Of a stretch of 64,000 nucleotides of DNA, positions 40,196 through 49,788 are shown piece by piece; positions within the stretch are counted from its first letter, which is position 1; each line of letters begins with the position of its first letter. Under the pieces are notes generated by a model, which saw only the letters and a program-made list of their open reading frames with translations, searched no databases and had not been told where the DNA came from. The position numbers were made by a program, and so were the translations under genes. This DNA comes from Sedimentisphaerales bacterium (GTDB taxonomy: Bacteria; Planctomycetota; Phycisphaerae; Sedimentisphaerales; SM23-30). The stretch lies in NCBI GenBank assembly GCA_963666285.1, contig OY762711.1. One strand, given 5' to 3'.

Positions 40196-41640
40196 TATAA
40201 ATACTCGATACTATCAATTACGGCATCCGCAAAATATGCGTTACAACAACTTGCACAATATGTTCCTCCACCAACAGACACCGTAACTTTTTTGTTGCCT
40301 GGACATAAAATTGTGTAAGTACCTGGGCCACCTATACCGCCACACAGCGAAGCTAAATCAGAATCACAACTACCACCAGAGTATTGACCAGTTCCACCTC
40401 CCCAACCAACAGTAACATCTTTGCCACTTAATAAAGCACATAAACAGCAATCGCCACCGACTTCTATCGGAAGGTCACTTGAAGATGATTCGCTGGAGCT
40501 GCCTTCTGAGCTGCTTGATGAATTGTCAGAACTTGAACTTGAGCTATCGCCGGAACTGGAGCTTGACTTTTTACTGGAACTGCCGCTCGAACTGGCCGAA
40601 CTGTCAGAGCTTGAACCGGAACTGCCGGACGAATCACCAGAGCTTGACGAAGATTCATCATCAGAACTGCCAGAACTATGGTCAGAACTGAAACTTGAAA
40701 AAGGCGGCGGCGTACTGAAATCATGGCTGCTTGAGCTTTTACGTGATTCTGATGTATGGTCAGAACTGCCACTGCTTTTATCTGAACTGCCAGAGGTAAA
40801 ATCAGAACTGCCCGAACTTTCGCTTGAACTGCCGGAAGTGTGGTCAGAACTACCGGAACTACTATATGAACTGCCAGAAGTATTATCCGAGCTTCCAGAA
40901 CTTTTATCAGAGCTGCCCGATGTAAAATCTGAACTGCCTGTGCTTTTGTCGGAACTGCCGGAAGTATGGTCGGAGCTGCCCGAACTACCGTCTGAACTGC
41001 CGGAACTGCCCTTTGAACTTGAACTATGCCATGAGCTACATGAGCTATGAGAACTCTTTTGTGATGTACCGGAACTGCCGGAACTATCATAAGAGCTAAA
41101 ACTTGACAATGACGAACTGCTGCTTATAGATTTTGATTCACTGGAAAAGCTATAAGACGAACTTGCCGTTGTATCGTATGAACTGCCACTTGTCGATTCT
41201 GAGCTATCACTTGAATGCTTCGAGCTGCTTTCAGTTTCAGAGCTGAAGTATGAACTTAACGAACTGGCATCACCTACATAGATACCGGTACAATACCATT
41301 CATCTTGTTTTTTATTCCTGATAGCAGTAAAGTAGTTGTTCTTTAATACATTTGGGTATTCAGCTATCTGACACTTTATCAGTATATCATAATATGGATT
41401 AGTTTCCGGCACTTCTTCATTAACACGATTAAATAATGTACCCCTGAAATAGCCCTCATCGTCTATATCTGAACTTGTAATAATACCAAAGACCATTTCA
41501 TCTTTAAGCACTTTACCATTAAGAACACTTGTTTTCCGACTGGACAGCGTGTTAACTGTGTCGATAACCTGGTTCAAACGCTTAACGGTTGAATGCGGGC
41601 CTTGTGTAAATTTTTCGATTTTAAATGAATTTCTGCTCAT
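40195..41640 (-). CDS. Serine-rich (mucin-like) tail-module protein with Cys/Gly-rich C-terminal domain
   Basis: About 260-aa Ser-dominated tract flanked by globular N- and C-terminal parts; second gene after the tape measure. Confidence 0.85.
   Translation of the reverse strand: MSRNSFKIEKFTQGPHSTVKRLNQVIDTVNTLSSRKTSVLNGKVLKDEMVFGIITSSDIDDEGYFRGTLFNRVNEEVPETNPYYDILIKCQIAEYPNVLKNNYFTAIRNKKQDEWYCTGIYVGDASSLSSYFSSETESSSKHSSDSSESTSGSSYDTTASSSYSFSSESKSISSSSSLSSFSSYDSSGSSGTSQKSSHSSCSSWHSSSSKGSSGSSDGSSGSSDHTSGSSDKSTGSSDFTSGSSDKSSGSSDNTSGSSYSSSGSSDHTSGSSSESSGSSDFTSGSSDKSSGSSDHTSESRKSSSSHDFSTPPPFSSFSSDHSSGSSDDESSSSSGDSSGSSGSSSDSSASSSGSSSKKSSSSSGDSSSSSSDNSSSSSEGSSSESSSSDLPIEVGGDCCLCALLSGKDVTVGWGGGTGQYSGGSCDSDLASLCGGIGGPGTYTILCPGNKKVTVSVGGGTYCASCCNAYFADAVIDSIEYL
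40752..41003 (-). repeat. 12 tandem 21-bp coding repeats (heptad SGSSDxx)
   Basis: GA(A/G)CT(G/A/T)CC recurs every 21 nt from 40763 to 40994. Confidence 0.92.
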
Positions 41641-42440
41641 GTTATTATACTGTCAATAAGACTGTTAAAAGCTATCTGGTCTAATACTTCAAAATCATCA
41701 GCCTCGGCATCTGCGGGCGGGTCGCCTGTATTGGGATCAACATAAATCAGCGATTCATTCCAGGCTTTAGAATTATATTGAAACTGGTATGTCATATCAT
41801 AAACATACTGCTTACCAGAATTAAATATTGGAAGTACATAATTAAAGTCTATACCTGTACATTTCCATTTTCTAACTGCACCATCAAAGGCAACAGACCA
41901 GTTATCACTATTAACTTTACCGACATAACTTTCCGCAAGCTGCTGAGGTTTCTGAATAGTAGAAAATATCTGTCTGCGTTTAATTGTTAACGGTACAACT
42001 GATTTATCAACTGCAATTAACTTGCTGACTTTATCAGTCTGCCCGGCATATTTTATATCAATAGTGTAGTCATCTGGATACGTGTATTCTAAAACAATTG
42101 CTTTGCCGTTCCGATCCAGGTTAGTTTCAATCTGTATCAACCCGCCGCCGCCGCTTATCTCGTCGGCAAATCCTGCCATTTGCTCATACTGTATTAGAAA
42201 TGTTACAGTATCAGAAGCTATCGAAGTTGGCGAAATAGAACGGATATAATTATTAGTAAATGATGGGTGCTGCATACCAATATCAAGCCCCAACATATTA
42301 AAAGCCTGCTTAATCTTGGCATGACCGCTTTGCCCTGCGGTAATACCACTTACCAAAGCTGAACGGCTGACATTCTCCCAACCCCGGCGGGTATAGGTTG
42401 CCGCATCACCATCGATCAAATCTGTATATACTACTGACAT
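41637..42440 (-). CDS. Putative tail-tip / distal tail protein
   Basis: Position directly after the tape measure gene; function inferred from synteny only. Confidence 0.55.
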   Translation of the reverse strand: MSVVYTDLIDGDAATYTRRGWENVSRSALVSGITAGQSGHAKIKQAFNMLGLDIGMQHPSFTNNYIRSISPTSIASDTVTFLIQYEQMAGFADEISGGGGLIQIETNLDRNGKAIVLEYTYPDDYTIDIKYAGQTDKVSKLIAVDKSVVPLTIKRRQIFSTIQKPQQLAESYVGKVNSDNWSVAFDGAVRKWKCTGIDFNYVLPIFNSGKQYVYDMTYQFQYNSKAWNESLIYVDPNTGDPPADAEADDFEVLDQIAFNSLIDSIIT

Positions 42441-42443
42441 CTA

Positions 42444-43850
42444 TTACCTCAAAACAATATTCTGGATAGTATTTGCTATCGCTGTTGTATTCTGTGCCGT
42501 CTTTTCGTTTGCCTTTAAGTTCTGAGCTATCTTGTTATTACTCAAGGAAGAGCCAAGCGAACCAACCGAAACAGCACCGGCATCTATACTCATTATCGAG
42601 CCGCCTTTCATAGCAGCAGACACCGGCATATTACCGCCGCTAATTGAGCCTATCGGATCTCTGGTTTTTATCTTTAATTCTGTAGCCTTACGCCTTTTCT
42701 CAACCTCGGCAAATATCTTGTCAATAGTCTTTTTGCCATCGTCAAAGGAAAATATCTGGTCTAAACCTTCTTTGGCAAGGTTGTTATTCTGCCTGCTCAT
42801 CTCATTTGCAAACGCTTCAAGCTCACTTGCCTTATTGCCGGTAGATTCAGCAAAATCTGATATAGACTGCAAATCAAGCAATTTGCCGACCAGCTTTGAC
42901 ACTGCCGACACCACATCAAGCACAACACTTGCAAGGCCGCTAAACAAGGTAATAACACTACCTATAAAGGCCGATACGATTTTCAGTATCCCATGAATAA
43001 CACTAAAAGCCTTTGCGATAACATTGGCTATCAAAAAGGTTTTTTCCAGGCCCTTGTTAATACTGTCAGAACTGGCTATCCCGCTGGTACGCATATCCAT
43101 AAAAAGCTCACTTACATATTGAATATACGGCGCAAGGCCAACCGCTAATTTATCAATAAGTAAGGAAGTTGACTTTCTAAGGTTAGTAATAGCATCGTTA
43201 GCGGCTTCCACCTGTGCAGCGTCAACCCTGTTAATTGCACCGCCAAATTTATCTACCTCATTCATCATCTCACGAAGTGAGCCGGAACCGCCTTGCAGCA
43301 TTTGCAGCATTGCCACACCTTCAGTATCGAACAGCTTAAAGGCATATCTGACACGATCAGCCTGGCTCGGTACTTTAGCAAAGGCATCTGCCAGCGTTAA
43401 AAGTGCTTTTGCCGGGCCTTCCCGGTTGAGCTTCTTGGCATCTACCCCCAAAGCGATAAGGGCGTTTTTCGCCTCTCCTGTTCCCTGTGCAGCTTCACCG
43501 ACACGCCGAACCATTCTTTGTATAGAAGTATTCAGCGATTCGGTTTTAACCCCTGACAGCTCGGCGGCATGTTGCAGCTTGATTAAATCATCTGTCGCTA
43601 TTCCAAGCCGGTCTGACAGTTTGGCAAGATTATCAATTCTACCCATAGCCTTACCAACAGCCACAGAAACCGCACCAAAGCCCGCCGCCGCTGCTATGCC
43701 CATAGCCTTAAATATTCTGGAAACAGCCGTCACGCTTGCTTGTGCGGCTTTCTCGAACCTGTTCAGCTTCTTACGGCTTCGCTTGATATTTCGCTCAAAC
43801 AAAACAGTCTTTGCGGTAAGGTTTATTAGTAATGTTGCTACAGTTGCCAT
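42444..43850 (-). CDS. Tape measure protein (short, 468 aa)
   Basis: MATVATL.INL.A; IDNLAKLSDRLG..L.HAAELSGV; helical Ala-rich; follows the tail chaperones. Confidence 0.9.
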   Translation of the reverse strand: MATVATLLINLTAKTVLFERNIKRSRKKLNRFEKAAQASVTAVSRIFKAMGIAAAAGFGAVSVAVGKAMGRIDNLAKLSDRLGIATDDLIKLQHAAELSGVKTESLNTSIQRMVRRVGEAAQGTGEAKNALIALGVDAKKLNREGPAKALLTLADAFAKVPSQADRVRYAFKLFDTEGVAMLQMLQGGSGSLREMMNEVDKFGGAINRVDAAQVEAANDAITNLRKSTSLLIDKLAVGLAPYIQYVSELFMDMRTSGIASSDSINKGLEKTFLIANVIAKAFSVIHGILKIVSAFIGSVITLFSGLASVVLDVVSAVSKLVGKLLDLQSISDFAESTGNKASELEAFANEMSRQNNNLAKEGLDQIFSFDDGKKTIDKIFAEVEKRRKATELKIKTRDPIGSISGGNMPVSAAMKGGSIMSIDAGAVSVGSLGSSLSNNKIAQNLKANEKTAQNTTAIANTIQNIVLR

Positions 43851-43865
43851 AATGACCTTTACATA

Positions 43866-44173
43866 CTATGTATGTTTACACGTTGCCTTTAATAGTTCTT
43901 TCATCATCTGCCAGCTCATTATTTTTTTGAACCGGCTAAATGTCGGCATAAATTCTTTAAGATTATAATTCTTCTTACTATGCAGATTAGCGTTAACCTG
44001 GCATAACAGGGCATTTCTAAAATCTGCCCGCCATTCGCCAAAAGGATTAACCTTATAATATGCCATCCATTCGGATAGTTCCTTGCTGGTCATTCGGTTT
44101 AACAGTTCGCTAACTGTCATCCCCAAATGACCGGCAAGGGTAAATACAAATTGCCTGAACGGATGGTTTACGA
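43866..44173 (-). CDS. Tail assembly chaperone, -1 frameshift extension (gpT-like)
   Basis: The -1 frame is open from the slippery site: LVNHPFRQFVFTLAGHLGMTVSELL.RM.S.EL.EW.AY....PFG..R.D. Confidence 0.85.
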
Positions 44174-44512
44174 GTTTTTTTCAAGCTCATCAATGTCATT
44201 CTGACTTATACCTGACAGCTTGCTTGCTACCGAAAATATCCTGTCCAGGGCCGCCGCCGATTTATTGCCAAGCTCAACGATATCAGCCTGGGTAAACATC
44301 AGGTTGCGGCTTGAATCAACAACGCTCATAGCCGCAAGTTTAGCACGAATATTGCGGGTGTCAGTTACACCGCCTTGCACGATTGACGCTTCAAATGCGT
44401 CACGTTCAACGCCTGACATTGCCTTTACTATTACATCGCCGCCCCATTCAGGGACAGAAACAACCTGTATTTTAAGGTCTTGTGAATTAAGTATATCTTC
44501 TCTTGTCAACAT
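44168..44512 (-). CDS. Tail assembly chaperone (gpG-like)
   Basis: LTREDIL...V.VPEWGG.V.V..MSG.ERD.FE...ELEKNS; slippery A AAA AAC at 44174-44180. Confidence 0.88.
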   Translation of the reverse strand: MLTREDILNSQDLKIQVVSVPEWGGDVIVKAMSGVERDAFEASIVQGGVTDTRNIRAKLAAMSVVDSSRNLMFTQADIVELGNKSAAALDRIFSVASKLSGISQNDIDELEKNS

Positions 44513-44548
44513 CTTTGCTACTTCCTTGTATTAGTATGTTAGATTAAA

Positions 44549-44953
44549 TTAAGCACCTGCCGAAAATTCAGGTTTGCCGGTTAGTTTGATTGTTATATCA
44601 GCCGTAATTTTATCATCGTTTGGCGATGTGCCGGAAATACCGGAAACATAGCCGGAACCTTTCCAGCTTGCACTATCAGGGAAAGTAACCGTCCAATCTT
44701 CTGCTGTTCTGCCGTCGGCAGAAGTTTTCAGGGCATTGAATGTTGTTTTCAAATAATTACCTGAAAAGGTAATTTCCCCGGCATCGATCATGCCGGCGAT
44801 AAATTCCTTGTAAGCGTCGGGACTGTCCATATTGCTTACTTCGATCATATCAACGGTTAAACCGCCGATTGTGATTGATATAAGCTCGCCGATAGTACCG
44901 GCTTTACTTCCTTTTAATGTTGTGCCAAATCCATGTATTGCACTGCTTGTCAT
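44549..44953 (-). CDS. Major tail tube protein
   Basis: IEVSNMDS...KEFIAGMIDAGEITF, W.VTFPD, ITIKLTGKP. Confidence 0.88.
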   Translation of the reverse strand: MTSSAIHGFGTTLKGSKAGTIGELISITIGGLTVDMIEVSNMDSPDAYKEFIAGMIDAGEITFSGNYLKTTFNALKTSADGRTAEDWTVTFPDSASWKGSGYVSGISGTSPNDDKITADITIKLTGKPEFSAGA

Positions 44954-45075
44954 TTTTCTTTACTCCTTTAAGATTTATACACATAGTGTATTTTTGCCTG
45001 ATCGCTCGCAGAGAACAAATGCCAGTGAAATCATTTATATCACGCTCTGGCGGGCAATCTGAATTGTGATTATTC

Positions 45076-45510
45076 TTACAGGTTATACCACAACTGAATA
45101 TCTATTCTCTTTCCGTAGCGTTTAGATTTATCAGTTCCCTCTGTATAGTCAAAGATATCACCTATATCATTTACATGAACACATTGTATTATTAAGCCAT
45201 CAATAGAGCCGCTAAAGCAGTCTATACCACCGGTATTATCTTCCTTGACATATTCTGCAACTACAGCATTTTTAAGCTCTACAGTGCTTATATAACTGTC
45301 AGACCAGCAATTTAGCTGCATACGTGCTTTACTCATACCACTTACACCATCTAATACATGGTCTCTTTCTTCAGAGATAAGATTATAAGTAATATATGGC
45401 ATTACTGATTTAGGCTCGCCCAGTTCCGGCGATATCCGTTCAGCCACTAAAGCCGTTACCTGGCTGCAATTTGCCAGAAGCTTATATACTGCTTTTTCTG
45501 CACTGCTCAT
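45076..45510 (-). CDS. Tail completion/terminator protein (DUF3168-like)
   Basis: V..RI.P....PYITY..IS...RMQL.CWS..Y; synteny. Confidence 0.8.
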   Translation of the reverse strand: MSSAEKAVYKLLANCSQVTALVAERISPELGEPKSVMPYITYNLISEERDHVLDGVSGMSKARMQLNCWSDSYISTVELKNAVVAEYVKEDNTGGIDCFSGSIDGLIIQCVHVNDIGDIFDYTEGTDKSKRYGKRIDIQLWYNL

Positions 45511-45595
45511 TCTGTCCTCGTTACAATCTCATCTGCCCGCCTGATCGTGGTATAAATGTCCACAATTAACAATCAGGTATCAGGCGATTAGTTAA

Positions 45596-46048
45596 TCACA
45601 CACTTTGTGTGTCAATACCTTTTTTGATTTCCTTTTCCATTACCTTTATACGTGCCTCGTTGGTCTTTTCCGCTGCCGTTCTCATATACGGTATCGGTGG
45701 AACCTTACCGCCATTTGTTGTTACATGACCATACTCGATAGCGGTCGGGATAAAATACCTTTCGCCTGATTCGGTATTATGGACAAACTCGTCTGCACGT
45801 TTAGCGTCAATTTCAACATTTGTCCGGTATTCACCCGGCTTCTGTCTGCGAGCCGCTTTAACCTGCAATGCGCCGCTTATCTTATTACCCATCTCACCGC
45901 CAACCATAGAAACAGCGTTTGCCTTTGCTTCCTTGAGCGTTACCCTTTGGGCTACTCTACTGGCCTTACGGACAATATTTTTAGCCTTGCTCTTTTCCAT
46001 CTTTAACAGCTTGCGTTCAAGATTATCAAATCCCTCTAAACTGCTCAT
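45596..46048 (-). CDS. HK97 gp10-like neck protein
   Basis: EG.D.LERKL, IEYG, P.PYMR.A. Confidence 0.8.
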   Translation of the reverse strand: MSSLEGFDNLERKLLKMEKSKAKNIVRKASRVAQRVTLKEAKANAVSMVGGEMGNKISGALQVKAARRQKPGEYRTNVEIDAKRADEFVHNTESGERYFIPTAIEYGHVTTNGGKVPPIPYMRTAAEKTNEARIKVMEKEIKKGIDTQSV

Positions 46049-46365
46049 TTCTGCTCCTGTGCCGTTACTATCATAAAGATATTGCGTTCCTGATAGTTCT
46101 GTACGGCTATAATTTCAAAGATTCTATCTTCCCACTTTATCCGGCAATTCTCGTCTAAATCGGCGTTATACCTGATTACAATACTATGTGTTACGCTGGC
46201 AGTTTCACGATTACCCTGTTCTTTAACCTGGCCTGATACCGGCTTTATATTGGCCCAGGCATAAGCAATCTTTGTCCAGTTTTTAACCGGCTCGCCGTAA
46301 TCACTATTTACAGTTGTGCTATAGTTCTGTAATTCTACTAAATGCCTTAACTGTCCAACCTGCAT
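46045..46365 (-). CDS. Head closure protein (SPP1 gp16-like)
   Basis: GQLRH.V.LQ...YGEP...W....WA.I.PVSG...TH.IVIRY. Confidence 0.88.
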   Translation of the reverse strand: MQVGQLRHLVELQNYSTTVNSDYGEPVKNWTKIAYAWANIKPVSGQVKEQGNRETASVTHSIVIRYNADLDENCRIKWEDRIFEIIAVQNYQERNIFMIVTAQEQK

Positions 46366-46922
46366 TAAAACACCCTCTCAAACAATAAATCCTTTGCGTT
46401 CATTGGCATTTCTTCAAGTTTTAACTCGCTGTTCTGTTCCCGGTGTTCATACAAATGAGTAAGTATAAGCTTTATAGCCTGCTTGACTCTTTCAGGTACA
46501 GCGTCAGCATTACCGAAACCGGCAACATAAACGATTTCAACAGCGTTTCTAATATCCAGCGGTGTCGGAAAATCAACATTGTAAGCCTCATAAACAACAG
46601 GCGGCATACTATAAGTATCAAGCACATAATCGGCGGCATCGATTGTCTGTTCAACCTGGTCATCATCAATATACTTAAATGAAGTTACAGACTGAGCCGG
46701 GCCAACTGGCAATTCAATAACACTTCTCATAGCATTATATTTAACCGTTATAGTCTGAGTAATATACCTGGTATTTTCGTAGCCTTCGCACCATTGCCGG
46801 GCAATAGTTATCAAAGACGATATATAACTATCCTCTGCGGTTGATGTTACCCGCAAATGCGTTTTAGCCTCTTCCAGCGTTACAGGCTCGGTATTTGGTT
46901 CAATTGTTACTTTATAATTCAT
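46365..46922 (-). CDS. Head-tail connector (gp6/gp15-like); start probably ATG 46922
   Basis: EPVTLEEAK.HLRV...ED..I..LI..AR, YVAGFG..VPE..KQAI.L...HLYEHRE. Confidence 0.88.
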   Translation of the reverse strand: MNYKVTIEPNTEPVTLEEAKTHLRVTSTAEDSYISSLITIARQWCEGYENTRYITQTITVKYNAMRSVIELPVGPAQSVTSFKYIDDDQVEQTIDAADYVLDTYSMPPVVYEAYNVDFPTPLDIRNAVEIVYVAGFGNADAVPERVKQAIKLILTHLYEHREQNSELKLEEMPMNAKDLLFERVF

Positions 46923-47081
46923 ATACACCTTGTGTATTTTATTTAGCCGCTTGTTGATATTCTATATTGTCAATATTTACAATACGCCCTAACGAATAAT
47001 TGCAATTGTAAACATTAAATATATTAGTGTGACTGCCATTTAGACAGTCACACATAAAAAATGAAGAAAACTTTTAGTATA

Positions 47082-47555
47082 TTACACTGCTGAAGGCGGC
47101 GTTTCCTGGTGATAGCGGCCTTCGTAAAGCTGATATACAGCACTTAACGCCATATTAGCACCGTCAGCGGTAACAAGCCTTACATGGGTATAGTCCTCGT
47201 TAACATCAAGGTCGGCGACATCAATTCCAATCACATACAACAGGTTAGCGTCAGCAGTTGCATCAGTAGTAAAAGTATCTGATTCAACTGCTGTCTCAAC
47301 TAATGTATCACTGGAAACGGTATCAATATTTGCAAATACAGTATCAAACGATAAAGCCTTAGCGTCTGTACCGTCTGCATCTTTAGCCTGGATCAAGGAA
47401 ATAGCAGAGCCGGTTACACCTGTTGCATTGTCAACAGTAATAATAACTGCCAACTTTCTATAGTTCACCAGGCTTACAAAAGCCGGGACAGAACCAGCCG
47501 GGGTAATCGGTGCTAAAGCCGATACATACTTTGTTTCTTCTAAAACTGATTTCAT
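47082..47555 (-). CDS. Putative head decoration/cement protein
   Basis: Directly after the capsid gene; beta-rich L.QAKDA.GT.AK.L...LD....YTHVRL. Confidence 0.6.
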   Translation of the reverse strand: MKSVLEETKYVSALAPITPAGSVPAFVSLVNYRKLAVIITVDNATGVTGSAISLIQAKDADGTDAKALSFDTVFANIDTVSSDTLVETAVESDTFTTDATADANLLYVIGIDVADLDVNEDYTHVRLVTADGANMALSAVYQLYEGRYHQETPPSAV

Positions 47556-47600
47556 TATCTCAAATCTCCATATTATGAAAGTTAATAGTTAATTGCCGTA

Positions 47601-48902
47601 TTACTTACGGCTGTTCAAAGCTATCATTGGCGATAGTTCCGGGCCATTTTCCGGTATGATTACTCCATTCAGCCAGCTTTGACCGTCGATTTCAAAGGTA
47701 AAGCGGAAAACAGATTCATCATAGTCAAACCGCAAATGAATACTCATCGCAGATTTCACACCGCCACGCAAACCAACAGCGTAGAAAGAAGGGTCAACAA
47801 GGATAATATCGCCTTTTGTACCAAGCTCTTTACAATACTCAGTTGTCAGCATTGGACGGCCTTTAAGCGTTTCTTTACCGCTGTTATAAATACCGGAAGC
47901 CAAACCAACTACAGTCTTAGAACCGTTATTATCAGTTGATATTACATTCAGGCCATCAAACTGCTCGCTGCAACCATGATTATGCAGCCAGATAGAACGG
48001 TTACGGCATTCGGCAGGCATACGCGCCCACATCTTGTTAATGTTAGGTGCTATAATAGTCTGCTTTGACTGTGAACTTTCAGAGCCAATACCAAGCAGAC
48101 AGCCGGAGTTCATAATACCATGCGGTTTACCTGTACCGTTACCGTTTAGAATGGCATCATTAACCTTTGCCTTTAATGCTGCGGTTGCGGCCCTGGCTAT
48201 AAACTGGTCAGCCGCTACAGCCTGACTAAGCAGCTCATTTGTAGCAGGTATCAACACCGCCAGCTTTTGCGGTTTAAGCTCCATTTCACGAAGCTTATAA
48301 TCACTGGTGTTAATTTTGTTGCCTTCCTTAACCCAAAACGCAACAACACCGCCATAACGAGAACCGCCGCTTCTTACATTACCATCAACAGCAGAGAATG
48401 TTAGGCTTGAGCCGGTTACTGTGTACTGGTCACACAAGGAAAGAAGACTTGCCTCATCAGCCATCAAACCTTCATGTATGGTATTGGAAAACTGAGGCGG
48501 AATTGCAAAGCCGCCTTCCGATCCGGTTTGAGTATTAGCACCGGAAGCAGCAGCAGAAACTAACAACCGTTCATCCGGCCTGACTCCACCCTGACCGGCG
48601 GCATGTACTACAGTTGCAAATTCGCCCAGGTTAGAAAAACCGCAGGTCGGGTCATCTTCCCGGCGGTCATGTACATTACTAATTGTAGTATCTGTATTTT
48701 TGGCCGGGATAGTACGCTTCTGGTCGATAAGCTTCTCTTCATTGGCTATCTGCTTCTGTACCTTTTCGGCACTTTCCATAAGCTCATTGAATTTTACCTG
48801 CTCATCTTCTGTAATTTCGTGGCCGTCCTCTGGATTAAGAATTGCGTCGGCCTTGTCGCAAATCTCCTGATGCTTCGCTCTAAGCTTAAATAACTTATCC
48901 AT
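47601..48902 (-). CDS. Major capsid protein, HK97 fold (start ATG 48902 after a GGAG RBS)
   Basis: N-terminal coiled-coil delta domain; GGFAIP.QF, W..EG, KLA.L...TNELL, ILNG.G.GKP.GI, L.GRP, S.HLRFDYD...FRF....DGQ. Confidence 0.93.
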   Translation of the reverse strand: MDKLFKLRAKHQEICDKADAILNPEDGHEITEDEQVKFNELMESAEKVQKQIANEEKLIDQKRTIPAKNTDTTISNVHDRREDDPTCGFSNLGEFATVVHAAGQGGVRPDERLLVSAAASGANTQTGSEGGFAIPPQFSNTIHEGLMADEASLLSLCDQYTVTGSSLTFSAVDGNVRSGGSRYGGVVAFWVKEGNKINTSDYKLREMELKPQKLAVLIPATNELLSQAVAADQFIARAATAALKAKVNDAILNGNGTGKPHGIMNSGCLLGIGSESSQSKQTIIAPNINKMWARMPAECRNRSIWLHNHGCSEQFDGLNVISTDNNGSKTVVGLASGIYNSGKETLKGRPMLTTEYCKELGTKGDIILVDPSFYAVGLRGGVKSAMSIHLRFDYDESVFRFTFEIDGQSWLNGVIIPENGPELSPMIALNSRK

Positions 48903-48948
48903 TCTCTTTACTCCTTCAAATGAAATGGTGTTTATATATAGCGTATAT

Positions 48949-49788
48949 TCAGCTTGCTGTCCGCGCAAGTCTTAATCTGTTACGCATTGCCTGTTTATTG
49001 ACAGGACTTTCCCTCATTATCTGTTCAAATGTAGCTATACGGTCGATCATACCAGCCTGTAAAGCGTCACTTGCAATTAACATTCTGCCCTTGCCGTATG
49101 TGCCTTTAACATTATCTGCCGTTGTCTGGCGGTTACTGGCAACGGTATTTACAAAGCGGTCATAATACTGATTAACCTGGTATTGTAAGTATTCCTTAGC
49201 GTCCTTACTTAACGGCTCATAAGGGTTTGCCTCAACTTTGTATTCACCGGCCTTAACAATAGTGAGTTTAACACCCATCTTATCAAGTGCCTCGCTGACA
49301 TCCTGATGAACAACCAGAGTGCCAATACTGCCGACCTGACTGGTAGGCATTGCCACAATTTCACTTGCCGCCGAGCCGATACCATAAGCAGCAGAAGCCA
49401 TCCAGCCGTTAACCAGTGCGACAATCGGCTTTTGTGACCGCATAGAAGCAATCTTACCGCTCATCTCATCCATTCCCATAGCGTCACCGCCGGGGCTGTC
49501 AATATCAAGTATGATACGGTTAACCTTTTTATTGCTCATAGCCTGTTCTAACAGGTTATCCAAGTTCTGGTAACTCTGACCGAAATAGCGGGAATATGCA
49601 CTGTCCCGGTTAAATAAAGGCCCTTGTATCGGGATTACACCGGCAGAGCCGACCACATTTAACATAGCCGCCTTTTCATACCAGCTTGCATTCTGCGGCT
49701 TTTCCATATCGTGACATTCAGTAATAATGTCTTTAATGTCAGCGGCGTAATCCTCGTGTATATGCCAGATTTTATTCTTGTTCTTCAT
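48949..49788 (-). CDS. S49 family head maturation protease
   Basis: LDIDSPGG, MASAAYGIGSAA, VGSIG, AGEYK. Confidence 0.9.
   Translation of the reverse strand: MKNKNKIWHIHEDYAADIKDIITECHDMEKPQNASWYEKAAMLNVVGSAGVIPIQGPLFNRDSAYSRYFGQSYQNLDNLLEQAMSNKKVNRIILDIDSPGGDAMGMDEMSGKIASMRSQKPIVALVNGWMASAAYGIGSAASEIVAMPTSQVGSIGTLVVHQDVSEALDKMGVKLTIVKAGEYKVEANPYEPLSKDAKEYLQYQVNQYYDRFVNTVASNRQTTADNVKGTYGKGRMLIASDALQAGMIDRIATFEQIMRESPVNKQAMRNRLRLARTAS

Noticed and set aside
40752..41003. 21-bp periodic repeats as a CRISPR array
   Set aside because: No unique spacers, the period is a multiple of three inside an ORF, and no cas genes are present
40421..41090. ORFs 40421-41050 (+), 40464-41090 (-) and 40479-40691 (+)
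   Set aside because: Shadow frames of the low-complexity Ser-rich gene
48934..48948. Fourth copy of the ATACAC-N3-GTGTAT palindrome before the capsid gene (ATATAT-AGC-GTATAT)
   Set aside because: Three mismatches in AT-rich sequence; too weak to count
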